Shown here: piece after piece, positions 47,748-56,636 of the stretch
Layout of the letters: each line of letters begins with the position of its first letter
Position numbering within the stretch: the stretch's first letter is position 1
IMG/VR virus record: IMGVR_UViG_3300023179_000069
Span: 1-64,000 of that record
DNA length: 64,000 nucleotides
Reading direction: 5' to 3' (one strand)
DNA from: a virus
Translations under genes and position numbers: made by a program
Notes under the pieces: generated by a model
Seen by the model: the letters and a program-made list of their open reading frames with translations, nothing else
What the model was told of the DNA's origin: nothing
Database searches by the model: none

Positions 47748-47890
47748 AAGTTTACGAATCTAAATCTTGGCTATATCAAAGATATATAGTAGAAAGAAAA
47801 AATATTATTGAAATAGCAAAAGAAGCTGGTTGCAGCCATATGACAATTCAGCGATATTTAGAAAAGTTTGGAATGATTAAAAAAAGATGA
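47744..47890 (+). CDS. 48-aa HTH protein not in the ORF track
   Basis: 'WLYQRY...EIAKEAGCSHMTIQRYLEKFG'; ATGA overlaps at both ends. Confidence 0.7.
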   Translation: MKVYESKSWLYQRYIVERKNIIEIAKEAGCSHMTIQRYLEKFGMIKKR

Positions 47891-48645
47891 CAAAATATTA
47901 TTCAATAAATGATGCAGTAAAAAGTTTTAATGATTCAGATATTCCTATTTTTATTCCTGTATTTGAACAGGTTTCTTATGCTAAGCATATGGTAGATCAA
48001 CTTACTAGTTTAGGAATTTCAAATTTTATTTTATGCGATAACAATTCCACCTATGGTCCCATGATTGATTATTTGCATAAAATTTCTCAAGAACATAAAG
48101 TTCTATATTTAAATTTTAATTTTGGACCAAGAATATATTCCGAAATAGCTGAAGTATATAATCAAATGCCAGATTGGTTTATTGTCACAGATCCAGATTT
48201 AATATTTAATAAAAATCTTCCGGCTAATTTTATTGATAATATGGTTGAAGCCGCTTCATATTATCAACTTCCCAAAATTGGCTTTGCTGTAGAAATTTTT
48301 GATGCAGAAGCATCAAGTAAATTTTTCAATAAAGATTTAGTGCATAGATGGGAATCAAGATACTGGGAGACCCCAATGGGAACAATGCAAGATGGCAGTC
48401 TAATTTATTCTGCAGCAATTGATACAACATTTGCTTTGCATAATACTTCAATGATTAGTGCAGATATTCCCAAAGTGCATGGAACTCCTATGTTAAGGGC
48501 TGGAAGAATTGCAGGAAATTATACTTGTGAGCATATGGGATGGTGGAAAGATCAACCATTAGAGTCAGAAGAGCTTGAATATTATAAAAAAGTGCAAACT
48601 TGGGGAAGCACAGAAAATGAAAAGAAAAGAATGGGTTATGCATAG
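47887..48645 (+). CDS. Glycosyltransferase family 2-like
   Basis: 'FIPVF', 'DNNSTY', 'VTDPDL' (DxD), 'IDTTFAL'. Confidence 0.7.
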   Translation: MTKYYSINDAVKSFNDSDIPIFIPVFEQVSYAKHMVDQLTSLGISNFILCDNNSTYGPMIDYLHKISQEHKVLYLNFNFGPRIYSEIAEVYNQMPDWFIVTDPDLIFNKNLPANFIDNMVEAASYYQLPKIGFAVEIFDAEASSKFFNKDLVHRWESRYWETPMGTMQDGSLIYSAAIDTTFALHNTSMISADIPKVHGTPMLRAGRIAGNYTCEHMGWWKDQPLESEELEYYKKVQTWGSTENEKKRMGYA

Positions 48646-49243
48646 ACCAAAATTTTCTATTATTGCTGTAGATTATGAATTTCATGTTCCCCGCGATGGA
48701 ATGCGCCGGGGTTTAGAGTCATTAGCCAATCAAACATTTAAAGATTTTGAGTTAATTATTTGTCACGATGGTCCAAAGTCAATTCCTTATGAAGAAGAAG
48801 TAGATTTTAAATCATTGGGCTTGAACCCAATTATTATTAATACTGATGAATGGAAAGGCGATTGGGGCCACTGGTCAAGAGATAAAGCTATGCGTATGGC
48901 AAATGGTCAATATTTTTTTCAATTTAATATTGATAATTTACTTTATGATAATTGTCTTGAAGAATTATCTAATCATATAGATAAGACATCGGCAATTGTA
49001 ACTGTTTTTCATATCAAGCATTTTAAAGTTCCTTGGTTCCCTTGGGCAACAGAAAGATTTACAGGAACTCCACCAATTGCAAGACACATTGATGCAATGC
49101 AGCTTGTAGCGCATAGACGGGTCTGGGAAGAAATGGGATATTGGTACGATAAATCTTTTTGTGGAGATGGCTTTATATATGAAGAAATATGTAAAAAATA
49201 CCCTTGGACAGAGTTACCAATAATTCTAGGAGAAAATTATTAA
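48638..49243 (+). CDS. Glycosyltransferase family 2
   Basis: 'KFSII', 'SLANQTFKDFELIICHDG', 'GQYFFQFNIDN'. Confidence 0.8.
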   Translation: MHRPKFSIIAVDYEFHVPRDGMRRGLESLANQTFKDFELIICHDGPKSIPYEEEVDFKSLGLNPIIINTDEWKGDWGHWSRDKAMRMANGQYFFQFNIDNLLYDNCLEELSNHIDKTSAIVTVFHIKHFKVPWFPWATERFTGTPPIARHIDAMQLVAHRRVWEEMGYWYDKSFCGDGFIYEEICKKYPWTELPIILGENY

Positions 49244-49275
49244 TATGATATTATTAGGTGTTGATCGGAGATAAA

Positions 49276-50286
49276 ATGAAAAGAGTATTGCTGACAGGTG
49301 CCAGTGGATTTGTGGGAAGCCATGTATTGCGTCACCTTATTGTAAACACAGATTGGTTTATTGTTTGTCCCACCACATTTACTCATAAGGGATTACAAGA
49401 TAGAATTCGTGTAGCCCTTGATGATATTCCAAATGCTTACAAGCGTGTCAAAGTAATTCGTTGCGATTTCACATCACCAATTTCACCTATTACTGCACAT
49501 GAGTTTGGCAAAATTGATTATGTAATTAATGTTGCAAGTGAGTCACATGTTGATCGAAGCATTGAATATCCAGCTTCTTTTATTATTAATAATGTTTCTC
49601 TTATTTGTCATTTATTGGATTGGGCTAAAATTGCTCAACCAGAAAAGTTTTTGCAGGTATCAACTGATGAAGTTTATGGTCCTGCCCCAGCTGGGTATGC
49701 ACATCAAGAATGGGTAGATCAGCATTTCCCAAGCAATCCATATTCTGCTAGTAAAGCAGCACAAGAAGATATTTGTTTTTCCTATTGGCGTACATATGGA
49801 ATTCCTATGGCTATTACTAATACTATGAATATTATTGGTGAGACACAAGATCCAGAAAAATTTATGCCAATGGTTATTAAGCGTGTTTTGAATGGTGAAA
49901 AGATGAGCATTCACTCATCCCCCACAGGACAGATTGGAAGCCGTTTTTATTTACATGCCCGTAACCAAGCAGACGGATTATTGCATGTTTTAAATCAACC
50001 ATTTAGACCTTATGGTGAGGTTGATACTCCAGAGCGTTTTCATATTGTCGGAGAGCGTGAAGTTGATAATCTTGAAATGGCACAATTAATTGCTTCAGCA
50101 GTTGGTAAGCCATTGAATTATGAACTTGTTGATTTTCATTCTTCTCGTCCCGGTCATGATTTGCGTTACGCTCTTGATGGAAAAAAGATGGCTGATTCTG
50201 GCTGGAGTCTTCCAATACCTTTAGAAGAATCTATTAATAGAACAGTTAAGTGGACACTTGACCATCAAGAGTGGCTAAACATCTAA
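49276..50286 (+). CDS. NDP-sugar 4,6-dehydratase (RmlB-like)
   Basis: TGASGFVG, 'ASESHVDRSI', 'STDEVYG', 'PYSASKA', 'RPGHDLRY'. Confidence 0.85.
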   Translation: MKRVLLTGASGFVGSHVLRHLIVNTDWFIVCPTTFTHKGLQDRIRVALDDIPNAYKRVKVIRCDFTSPISPITAHEFGKIDYVINVASESHVDRSIEYPASFIINNVSLICHLLDWAKIAQPEKFLQVSTDEVYGPAPAGYAHQEWVDQHFPSNPYSASKAAQEDICFSYWRTYGIPMAITNTMNIIGETQDPEKFMPMVIKRVLNGEKMSIHSSPTGQIGSRFYLHARNQADGLLHVLNQPFRPYGEVDTPERFHIVGEREVDNLEMAQLIASAVGKPLNYELVDFHSSRPGHDLRYALDGKKMADSGWSLPIPLEESINRTVKWTLDHQEWLNI

Positions 50287-50294
50287 GGAGAAAA

Positions 50295-51341
50295 ATGCAG
50301 CTTTATAAAATTCAGACACAAATTTGTTTTGATGATATCTTACTTGTTCCACAAGCATCAGAAGTGATATCTAGAAAAGATATCCATCTCGGCACACAAA
50401 TTGGTTATGGCAAATATGAAATTGATTTACCTTTTCCAATAATTGCCTCGCCAATGGATACTGTTTGTGAAGCAGAGATGGCAATAGAAATTGGTAAATT
50501 CGGCGGACTTGGAATTATTCATAGATATATGGATATTGAAAAACAAAAATCAGAAGTGTATAAAGTTGCCAGTCAAGGTTTACTTGTCGGAGCAGCGGTA
50601 TCCATAAAGGACGCAGAAGGAAAACAAGAAAACATAGAGAAACTAATTAATTCAGGAGCATCTATGATTCTTCTTGATGTTGCAAATGGTCATAGTGTGT
50701 ATGCCATAGATGCTGTAAGAAAAATAAAACAAAAATTCAAGGTACATGTCATGGCTGGGAATGTTTCAACATGGGATGGATTTTTGGGTTTATCTATGGC
50801 AGGCGCAGACTCTATCCGTGTTGGAATCGGTGGTGGTTCATGTTGTACTACAAGAATAGTAACTGGTCATGGAATGCCAACACTTTCATCTATTTTAGAT
50901 GTAAGGGAAATGCTTGAGCGTATGGATTTGCCAACATCAATTATTGCTGATGGTGGAATTAGAAACACTGGCGACATGATAAAATCTTTTGCAGCAGGAT
51001 CAGATGCAGTAATGCTAGGCTCAATGCTTGCAGGTCATGAAGAATCTCCGGGACAAAAGGAATATACTGAAAGTGGAACATTCAAAGTATTTCGTGGTAT
51101 GGCTAGTGAAGATGCTCAAATTGATTGGCGTGGAGAAGTTTCTGTTGCAGAGGGAATTTCAACAAAAATTAATTATAAGGGTAGCGTTATTGATACATTT
51201 AAAGAAATCAAGGGCGGTCTATCCAGTGGTTGTTCCTATTCTGGCGTAACTAGTCTTCACGATTTGATGTATAATTCACAATATATTTTAATTTCACAAA
51301 ATACAATAAAGGAGAGTTTGCCTCATGGGAAAAATGCCTAA
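50295..51341 (+). CDS. IMP dehydrogenase/GMP reductase family, lacking CBS domains
   Basis: 'FDDILLVP', 'SPMDTV', 'VGIGGGSCCTTR', 'IADGGI', 'FRGMAS'. Confidence 0.88.
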   Translation: MQLYKIQTQICFDDILLVPQASEVISRKDIHLGTQIGYGKYEIDLPFPIIASPMDTVCEAEMAIEIGKFGGLGIIHRYMDIEKQKSEVYKVASQGLLVGAAVSIKDAEGKQENIEKLINSGASMILLDVANGHSVYAIDAVRKIKQKFKVHVMAGNVSTWDGFLGLSMAGADSIRVGIGGGSCCTTRIVTGHGMPTLSSILDVREMLERMDLPTSIIADGGIRNTGDMIKSFAAGSDAVMLGSMLAGHEESPGQKEYTESGTFKVFRGMASEDAQIDWRGEVSVAEGISTKINYKGSVIDTFKEIKGGLSSGCSYSGVTSLHDLMYNSQYILISQNTIKESLPHGKNA

Positions 51342-51714
51342 TATAAATATTGAAAGTCATATGATGAATATTAATAGAAATATGCCAGTTGCTCCATCAG
51401 GAGAAGCTATTTTTGAAAGATGTATGCGTCTAGCTGATAATCTTATTGCTAAGAATGTTTCGTATGGAGATTCAGCATTAAATCCCCGACCCATTTTTTC
51501 TAAGGGCGGGCAAAATGAAAGTCTTGCATCACGCATTGATGATAAACTAAATCGTATTGCAAATAATCAATCATATCCCGGAGATAATGACCTTGACGAT
51601 TTACTAGGATATCTGGTATTATATAGTATATATAGAGAACGAGAAGATGAAAATGGATACACAGAGCTTGGCAAGGAGAGAAGAGCATGCCCACCTACAC
51701 ATTTAATTGTATAA
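51325..51714 (+). CDS. DUF1599/nucleotide-modification-associated domain 1-like protein
   Basis: 'KNVSYGDS...RIDDKLNRI...DLLGYLVL'. Confidence 0.65.
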   Translation: MGKMPNINIESHMMNINRNMPVAPSGEAIFERCMRLADNLIAKNVSYGDSALNPRPIFSKGGQNESLASRIDDKLNRIANNQSYPGDNDLDDLLGYLVLYSIYREREDENGYTELGKERRACPPTHLIV

Positions 51715-51854
51715 ACTGTGATATAACTTTTGAAAAAGTTGTAAAGATGGACGATAGAGACAGCCAAGTTTGTGAAAAATGCGGTGAAATTCTTACAAGG
51801 TCTATTGATCGCCCCGGACTCGTATGGGCTCCTACGGCTGGAGGATATAGGTGA
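51687..51854 (+). CDS. FmdB-family zinc-ribbon protein not in the ORF track
   Basis: RBS AAGGAG; MPTYTFNCINC...CEKCG. Confidence 0.75.
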   Translation: MPTYTFNCINCDITFEKVVKMDDRDSQVCEKCGEILTRSIDRPGLVWAPTAGGYR

Positions 51855-51858
51855 TTTT

Positions 51859-52155
51859 ATGTCTAAAAAAAAGGCAAAAAAGACAGAACTTAAGCCTTAC
51901 TGGAACAATCCAAATATTTCCGTTTTTTATGAATTAGAATTTGGCAAAGAAATCATTGTTCCGGGAACAAATATAAAAATAAAAAATGCTCGTGGTTCAT
52001 TTAAATTTATTAAAATGGTTCATAATTCTAATAAAGATGTTACTTGGATTGATTGTGTGGATAATTCAACTGGTGAATTTAAATCTTTTTATATTGATAG
52101 ATTAAAAAGTATTATAAAAAATAAAAGAAGTAGGGATAAAGTTGTCGGAACTTGA
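51859..52155 (+). CDS. Hypothetical protein (SH3-like)
   Basis: Start reassigned to ATG 51859 after AGGTGA. Confidence 0.55.
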   Translation: MSKKKAKKTELKPYWNNPNISVFYELEFGKEIIVPGTNIKIKNARGSFKFIKMVHNSNKDVTWIDCVDNSTGEFKSFYIDRLKSIIKNKRSRDKVVGT

Positions 52156-52663
52156 AATTATTGATAATTTTGAAAGAATGAATAAGGTTGTTTCTGAAAT
52201 GTTAAAAGGAAACAATCCATCAATTATTGCAAAAAATCTTGATATGCCACGCGCACAAGTTTTAACATTAATTGATGAATGGAAAAATATTGTACATTCT
52301 GACAATAGAATTCAAGATAGAGCAAGGGAAGCGTTAAGCGCAGCAGATCAACATTATGCCATGATTATTAATGAAGCGTGGGATACAGTAGAAGAAGCAG
52401 GAGCCAATTCACAATTAAACATTAAAGCACAAGCACTTAAACTTATTGCTGATGTAGAAGGCAAAAGAATTGATATGCTTCAAAAAGCTGGTTTGCTAGA
52501 GAATGCCGACATTGGAAATCAAATTATTGAAACTGAAAGAAAACAAAAAATTCTTATTGATATTCTAAAAGATATATCTTCTCGTTGCGAATCATGTAAA
52601 ATTGAAGTAACTAAAAGAATCTCTGAAGTGACGGGAAAAGTAGAGGCAATTAAAATTGATTGA
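52142..52663 (+). CDS. Putative terminase small subunit
   Basis: N-terminal HTH, helical body, overlaps TerL start. Confidence 0.55.
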   Translation: MSELEIIDNFERMNKVVSEMLKGNNPSIIAKNLDMPRAQVLTLIDEWKNIVHSDNRIQDRAREALSAADQHYAMIINEAWDTVEEAGANSQLNIKAQALKLIADVEGKRIDMLQKAGLLENADIGNQIIETERKQKILIDILKDISSRCESCKIEVTKRISEVTGKVEAIKID

Positions 52664-54491
52664 TTTAAATGAGTTTTTAGATGTTTTGGATGAAGACGAA
52701 TTTGAAGAAAAGCCAGTTTCTATTGAAGAATTTGTTACATCTAAAAACTTTTTAAATCTTCCGCCATTGTCAAAATATCAATATATAATGCTTAGCGCAA
52801 TGACACAAATTTACAAGCGTGAAACATTAGAAAAATTATATGGAAAAGAGGAAGGGTTAAAAAGATATAAGCAAACTTGTAATGAAGTTATTTTTCAATT
52901 AGGCAAAGGTTCTGGAAAAGACTACACATCAACCATTGCTTGTGCCTATGTTGTTTATTTGTTGTTATGTTTAAAAGATCCAGCCAGATATTATGGAAAA
53001 CCCTCAGGCGATGCTATTGACATTATTAACATTGCTATTAACGCTGAGCAGGCTAAGCAAGTATTCTTCAAAGGTTTTTTAGCTCGTATTAAAAAAAGCC
53101 CTTGGTTTTCTGGAAAATTTGATGATAAGGTGGCTAAGGTAGAGTTTGATAAGGAAATCACTGTACATTCAGGTCACTCTCAAAGAGAATCTTGGGAGGG
53201 ATACAATGTTATTGTTGTTGTACTTGACGAGATTTCAGGCTTTGAATTAGATTCAACTTCAGGAAATGAACAGGCAAAAACAGCAGATGCAATTTATAAA
53301 ATGTATAGGGCTTCCGTTGCATCTCGTTTCCCAGATTTTGGTAAACTAATTCTTCTATCATTTCCTAGATTTAAAAATGATTATATTCAGCAAAAATACA
53401 ATGAAGCAGTTGCTGAAAAAGAAACTGTAATTAGAACACATACATTTAAAATTGATCCAGATTTACCGGATGAACTTGAAGAAAATAAATTTACTATTGA
53501 ATGGGAAGAAGATCACATTGTTTCTTATTCTGTTCCAAAAGTATTTGCACTAAAAAGACCCACTTGGGAAATTAATCCAACAAGAAAAATTGAAGATTTT
53601 ACAATTGATTTTTACAAAGACCCAATAGATTCATTATCAAGATTTGCTTGTATGCCACCGGACGCTGTAGATGCATTCTTTAAGTCCAGAGAAAAAATTG
53701 AAAGAGCTTTTGTTACCAGAAATGGTGTTGATGAATATGGAAGGTTCGCTGACGGATTTCAGCCAGAAGAAGGCAAAACATATTTCGTACATGTGGACTT
53801 GGCGCAAAAGCATGACCATTGTGCAGTAGCAATTGCTCATGTTGATAAATGGACTATCTTAAAAGTTGGCGGACAGATGAGAGATGCTGCCCCTGAAGTT
53901 GTTGTAGATGCAGTAAGATGGTGGACTCCAACATCCGATAAAAGCGTAAACTTTCAAGATGTTAAAGATTATATTCTTAGTCTTAGGTCTCGTGGATTTA
54001 ATATTAAAACTGTTACATTTGATCGCTGGAATTCACATGACCTTATGGCACAACTTAATGCTTATGGAATGAATGCTGAAATTTTATCGGTTGCCAAAAA
54101 ACATTATGATGACATGGCACTTGTTGTAACAGAAGAAAGATTAAAGGGTCCAAATATTAAATTGCTTATTGATGAACTTTTACAATTAAGAATTATTAAA
54201 GATAAGGTTGACCACCCAAGAAAGGGTTCAAAAGACTTGTCTGATGCGGTTTGTGGAGCAATATATAATGCTGTAAGTTTAACCCCTAGAGGTGAATCAG
54301 AAATTACAATTAAAGATTATTATAATTTTGCAGATATTGATGAAGATGATGACGCAAAGATGAGACAACATTTAAGCATTACAAGAATTCCAACTGATAA
54401 AGTTATGCCGGATAACATTAGAGACTATTTAAGTTCTGAAATTACTAGATCAGAAGAGCAAAGGTTTCTTGACAATTTCCAAATTATATAG
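52656..54491 (+). CDS. terL: Terminase large subunit
   Basis: 'GKGSGKD' Walker A, 'VVLDE' Walker B, nuclease 'HVDLA..HD', 'FDRWNS', 'KDLSDA'. Confidence 0.9.
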   Translation: MIDLNEFLDVLDEDEFEEKPVSIEEFVTSKNFLNLPPLSKYQYIMLSAMTQIYKRETLEKLYGKEEGLKRYKQTCNEVIFQLGKGSGKDYTSTIACAYVVYLLLCLKDPARYYGKPSGDAIDIINIAINAEQAKQVFFKGFLARIKKSPWFSGKFDDKVAKVEFDKEITVHSGHSQRESWEGYNVIVVVLDEISGFELDSTSGNEQAKTADAIYKMYRASVASRFPDFGKLILLSFPRFKNDYIQQKYNEAVAEKETVIRTHTFKIDPDLPDELEENKFTIEWEEDHIVSYSVPKVFALKRPTWEINPTRKIEDFTIDFYKDPIDSLSRFACMPPDAVDAFFKSREKIERAFVTRNGVDEYGRFADGFQPEEGKTYFVHVDLAQKHDHCAVAIAHVDKWTILKVGGQMRDAAPEVVVDAVRWWTPTSDKSVNFQDVKDYILSLRSRGFNIKTVTFDRWNSHDLMAQLNAYGMNAEILSVAKKHYDDMALVVTEERLKGPNIKLLIDELLQLRIIKDKVDHPRKGSKDLSDAVCGAIYNAVSLTPRGESEITIKDYYNFADIDEDDDAKMRQHLSITRIPTDKVMPDNIRDYLSSEITRSEEQRFLDNFQII

Positions 54492-54498
54492 GTATAAT
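54469..54498 (+). promoter_or_regulatory. Promoter TTGACA-18-TATAAT for the tRNA-Ile/ncRNA unit
   Basis: Consensus hexamers 54469-74 and 54493-98. Confidence 0.75.
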
Positions 54499-54507
54499 AA
54501 GTTTTAC

Positions 54508-54582
54508 CGGGCGTGGGTGAGCTGGTTGACCACCGCAGGCTTATATCCTGCTATTTGATGGGTTCGATTCCCATACGCCCGA
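54508..54582 (+). tRNA. tRNA-Ile(UAU), atypical
   Basis: Acceptor CGGGCGT/ACGCCCG; anticodon arm GCAGG-CTTATAT-CCTGC; T arm ATGGG-TTCGATT-CCCAT; G at position 8; no encoded CCA. Confidence 0.75.
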
Positions 54583-54584
54583 CT

Positions 54585-54699
54585 GAGTGGTAGGTAGCGC
54601 ATCTTAGGATGGATTAGTTACCCAAGCCGGATGAGTCCAAGTGTGAGATAGTTCTCCGACCCATTTGATGCAGGACTCGGCAAGTTCTACCTACCACTC
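54585..54699 (+). ncRNA. Unknown structured RNA directly after tRNA-Ile
   Basis: Perfect 13-bp closing stem GAGTGGTAGGTAG/CTACCTACCACTC with internal GAGTCC/GGACTC and GAGA/TCTC stems. Confidence 0.6.
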
Positions 54700-54729
54700 T
54701 CAAGTATGGTAAAATATGAATGAGGACAT

Positions 54730-55227
54730 ATGCGAACTATAACGAAACAGCAAATAGTAGAAACATTAAAGAGTCGTGATGGTGACTCTTGTTTTATTTG
54801 CAAGGAAGAGTTCGTTGATGAATCACCTACTTTAGACCATTGGATTCCATTAGCTCATGGCGGTAGGGATGAAATAGAAAATCTTAGGCTTGCACATAGA
54901 AAATGCAATACGGAAAAAGCAGATAGAATTCCTAATGAAGATGGTACTATTCCTGAGCGGGGAATAAATAGTTTTGATAGACATAGAATGAAAAGAATGA
55001 ATAAAAAAAAACTAAAAGAAAAAATATGTCGCGTATGCGAAGATGGAAGACTTTTAGCAAAAGATAATTTATGTCGTGTTTGTGGAGCAAGGCCCGGACC
55101 AGAACATGCACCACATTACTTAAAAAGACCGTCTAATATTTGTGACCACAATTTAAATTGGTGCTGGGCTTGCTCAATTGGAATTGTTGATAGAAAATCA
55201 GCGTTAGCAAATTTAATGACAGGATGA
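54730..55227 (+). CDS. HNH endonuclease with C-terminal Zn fingers
   Basis: 'RDGDSCFIC', 'LDHWIPLAHGG...NLRLAHRKCN'. Confidence 0.85.
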   Translation: MRTITKQQIVETLKSRDGDSCFICKEEFVDESPTLDHWIPLAHGGRDEIENLRLAHRKCNTEKADRIPNEDGTIPERGINSFDRHRMKRMNKKKLKEKICRVCEDGRLLAKDNLCRVCGARPGPEHAPHYLKRPSNICDHNLNWCWACSIGIVDRKSALANLMTG

Positions 55228-55239
55228 TATAATAATAAG

Positions 55240-55764
55240 ATGCCATACGAAATTAAGCATGATATTGAGGGATGCAGTGGTTATGCCGTAGTTCTTAAAA
55301 CTACAGGCAAAATTGTTGGTTGTCACAAAACCAAAGATGATGCGACTAAACATCTTATTGCTCTCAAAATAAATGTAGAAGAAGCAGAAAAAGTAGAAAA
55401 AATGCAATTTGGTCATGGGGCAAAAGTACCTTTTAAAATTGAATATAATGTTCCAGATTGTCAGGGTGGATGGGGCGTACTTAAAGAAAATAATGGTCAG
55501 GTTGTCGGATGCTATACAAGTGAAGAGGAAGCTAAAAAAGCAATTGAAGCACTTGTTGTTCAAGTAGAAGGATATGAAGAAAAAGGGCAGGAAGAAAAAG
55601 GCATAGAACCACTATCATTTTGGAATGGTTCATTTGCTCCAGTACTTGGCTCAAAAGATCAAGATTCTAGATATGTATCAACTTATAATAGTCCACCGCA
55701 AAAAGATGGTAAGCCATCTACCGGATATGGAAATAAATCTGGAAAAGGTTTTAATAACCAATAA
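55240..55764 (+). CDS. Hypothetical protein with a tandem duplicated ~48-aa domain
   Basis: 'PYEI...GCSGYAVV...VGCH' / 'PFKI...DCQGGWGV...VGCY'; start 6 nt after TGATATAAT. Confidence 0.65.
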   Translation: MPYEIKHDIEGCSGYAVVLKTTGKIVGCHKTKDDATKHLIALKINVEEAEKVEKMQFGHGAKVPFKIEYNVPDCQGGWGVLKENNGQVVGCYTSEEEAKKAIEALVVQVEGYEEKGQEEKGIEPLSFWNGSFAPVLGSKDQDSRYVSTYNSPPQKDGKPSTGYGNKSGKGFNNQ

Positions 55765-55814
55765 TTTGGTATAATTAATAAGCTCAACAGAGCAAACTAA
55801 GGAGAAACAAAAAA

Positions 55815-56531
55815 ATGACAGATAAATCAATTAATGGCTGGGAAGTTATTACTTCACGCTCAGACAAGCGTTTAAAGATGAAGATTGTTCCCGGTTCGAA
55901 TGTAAAGCTAACAATGAGGGCAGAGATTCTTCCCCTATTCCTAGCTCTTGCAGCAGATTTCCACAAGGAGGTAGCACCACTACGCAATGGAGAATGTGGT
56001 GCTTATGCATTCCGTAAGGCCCGTCAGGGTGGTGGAGCCTATTCAGACCACAGTTCTGGAACAGCAGTTGACCTTAACTGGGGACACGAAGGAGCAATGG
56101 GTCCAAATGGTGGAATGAAGTTTATGAATGACGCACAGATTAAGGCTTGTGCTGAAATTCGTAATCGCTACAAGGTTGTTATCTGGGGTGGAGACAAGGC
56201 CAAGGGTGGGGACTACAAGAGTCCAGCATCTTGGGACCCAATGCATTATGCCCTTAAGCCCGGTGTAACAGTTGCAGATGTTCAGAAGGTTCTTGCAGAA
56301 CTAGGAATTGACGCAAATGGCGTTCGTAAGGGTGCAGGCACAAAGAAGCCCGGTCTTGTAACAAAGATTACTGCTCCAAAACCAGCACCAGTTGTTAAGC
56401 CAGCATATGTAGCGCCTGCAGAAAAGCCAAAGGCAGCAGCTAAGCCTGCTACCGAAAAGCCTGCTGCAGCAAAGCCCGCAGCAAAGACAGTTGCTAAGCC
56501 TGCTGCAAAGCCAAACAAGCCTACTAAGTAG
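55815..56531 (+). CDS. Endolysin, peptidase M15-like, with Lys/Ala/Pro-rich tail
   Basis: SxHxxGxAxD (SDHSSGTAVD), 'WGG', 'DPMH'; N-terminal 'SINGW'. Confidence 0.8.
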   Translation: MTDKSINGWEVITSRSDKRLKMKIVPGSNVKLTMRAEILPLFLALAADFHKEVAPLRNGECGAYAFRKARQGGGAYSDHSSGTAVDLNWGHEGAMGPNGGMKFMNDAQIKACAEIRNRYKVVIWGGDKAKGGDYKSPASWDPMHYALKPGVTVADVQKVLAELGIDANGVRKGAGTKKPGLVTKITAPKPAPVVKPAYVAPAEKPKAAAKPATEKPAAAKPAAKTVAKPAAKPNKPTK

Positions 56532-56540
56532 GCTTGTTCC

Positions 56541-56611
56541 GCGACTGTTGCATAATGGTAGTGCCTCTGCCTTCCAAGCAGATAGTGCCAGTTCGATTCT
56601 GGTCAGTCGCT
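56541..56611 (+). tRNA. tRNA-Gly(UCC)
   Basis: GCGACTG/CAGTCGC acceptor; TCTGC-CTTCCAA-GCAGA; TTCGATT T loop. Confidence 0.9.
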
Positions 56612-56636
56612 CAAATTTAATTGTTAGGAGGTTAAT

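Noticed and set aside
40383-54491. Inteins or introns in dnaE, recA or terL
   Set aside because: Lengths are normal, frames uninterrupted, and no intein C-terminal HN-[C/S/T] block with LAGLIDADG motifs was seen
54624-54682. Hammerhead ribozyme (GGATGAGTCC...GGAC)
   Set aside because: Lacks the CUGA core and the GAAA after stem II
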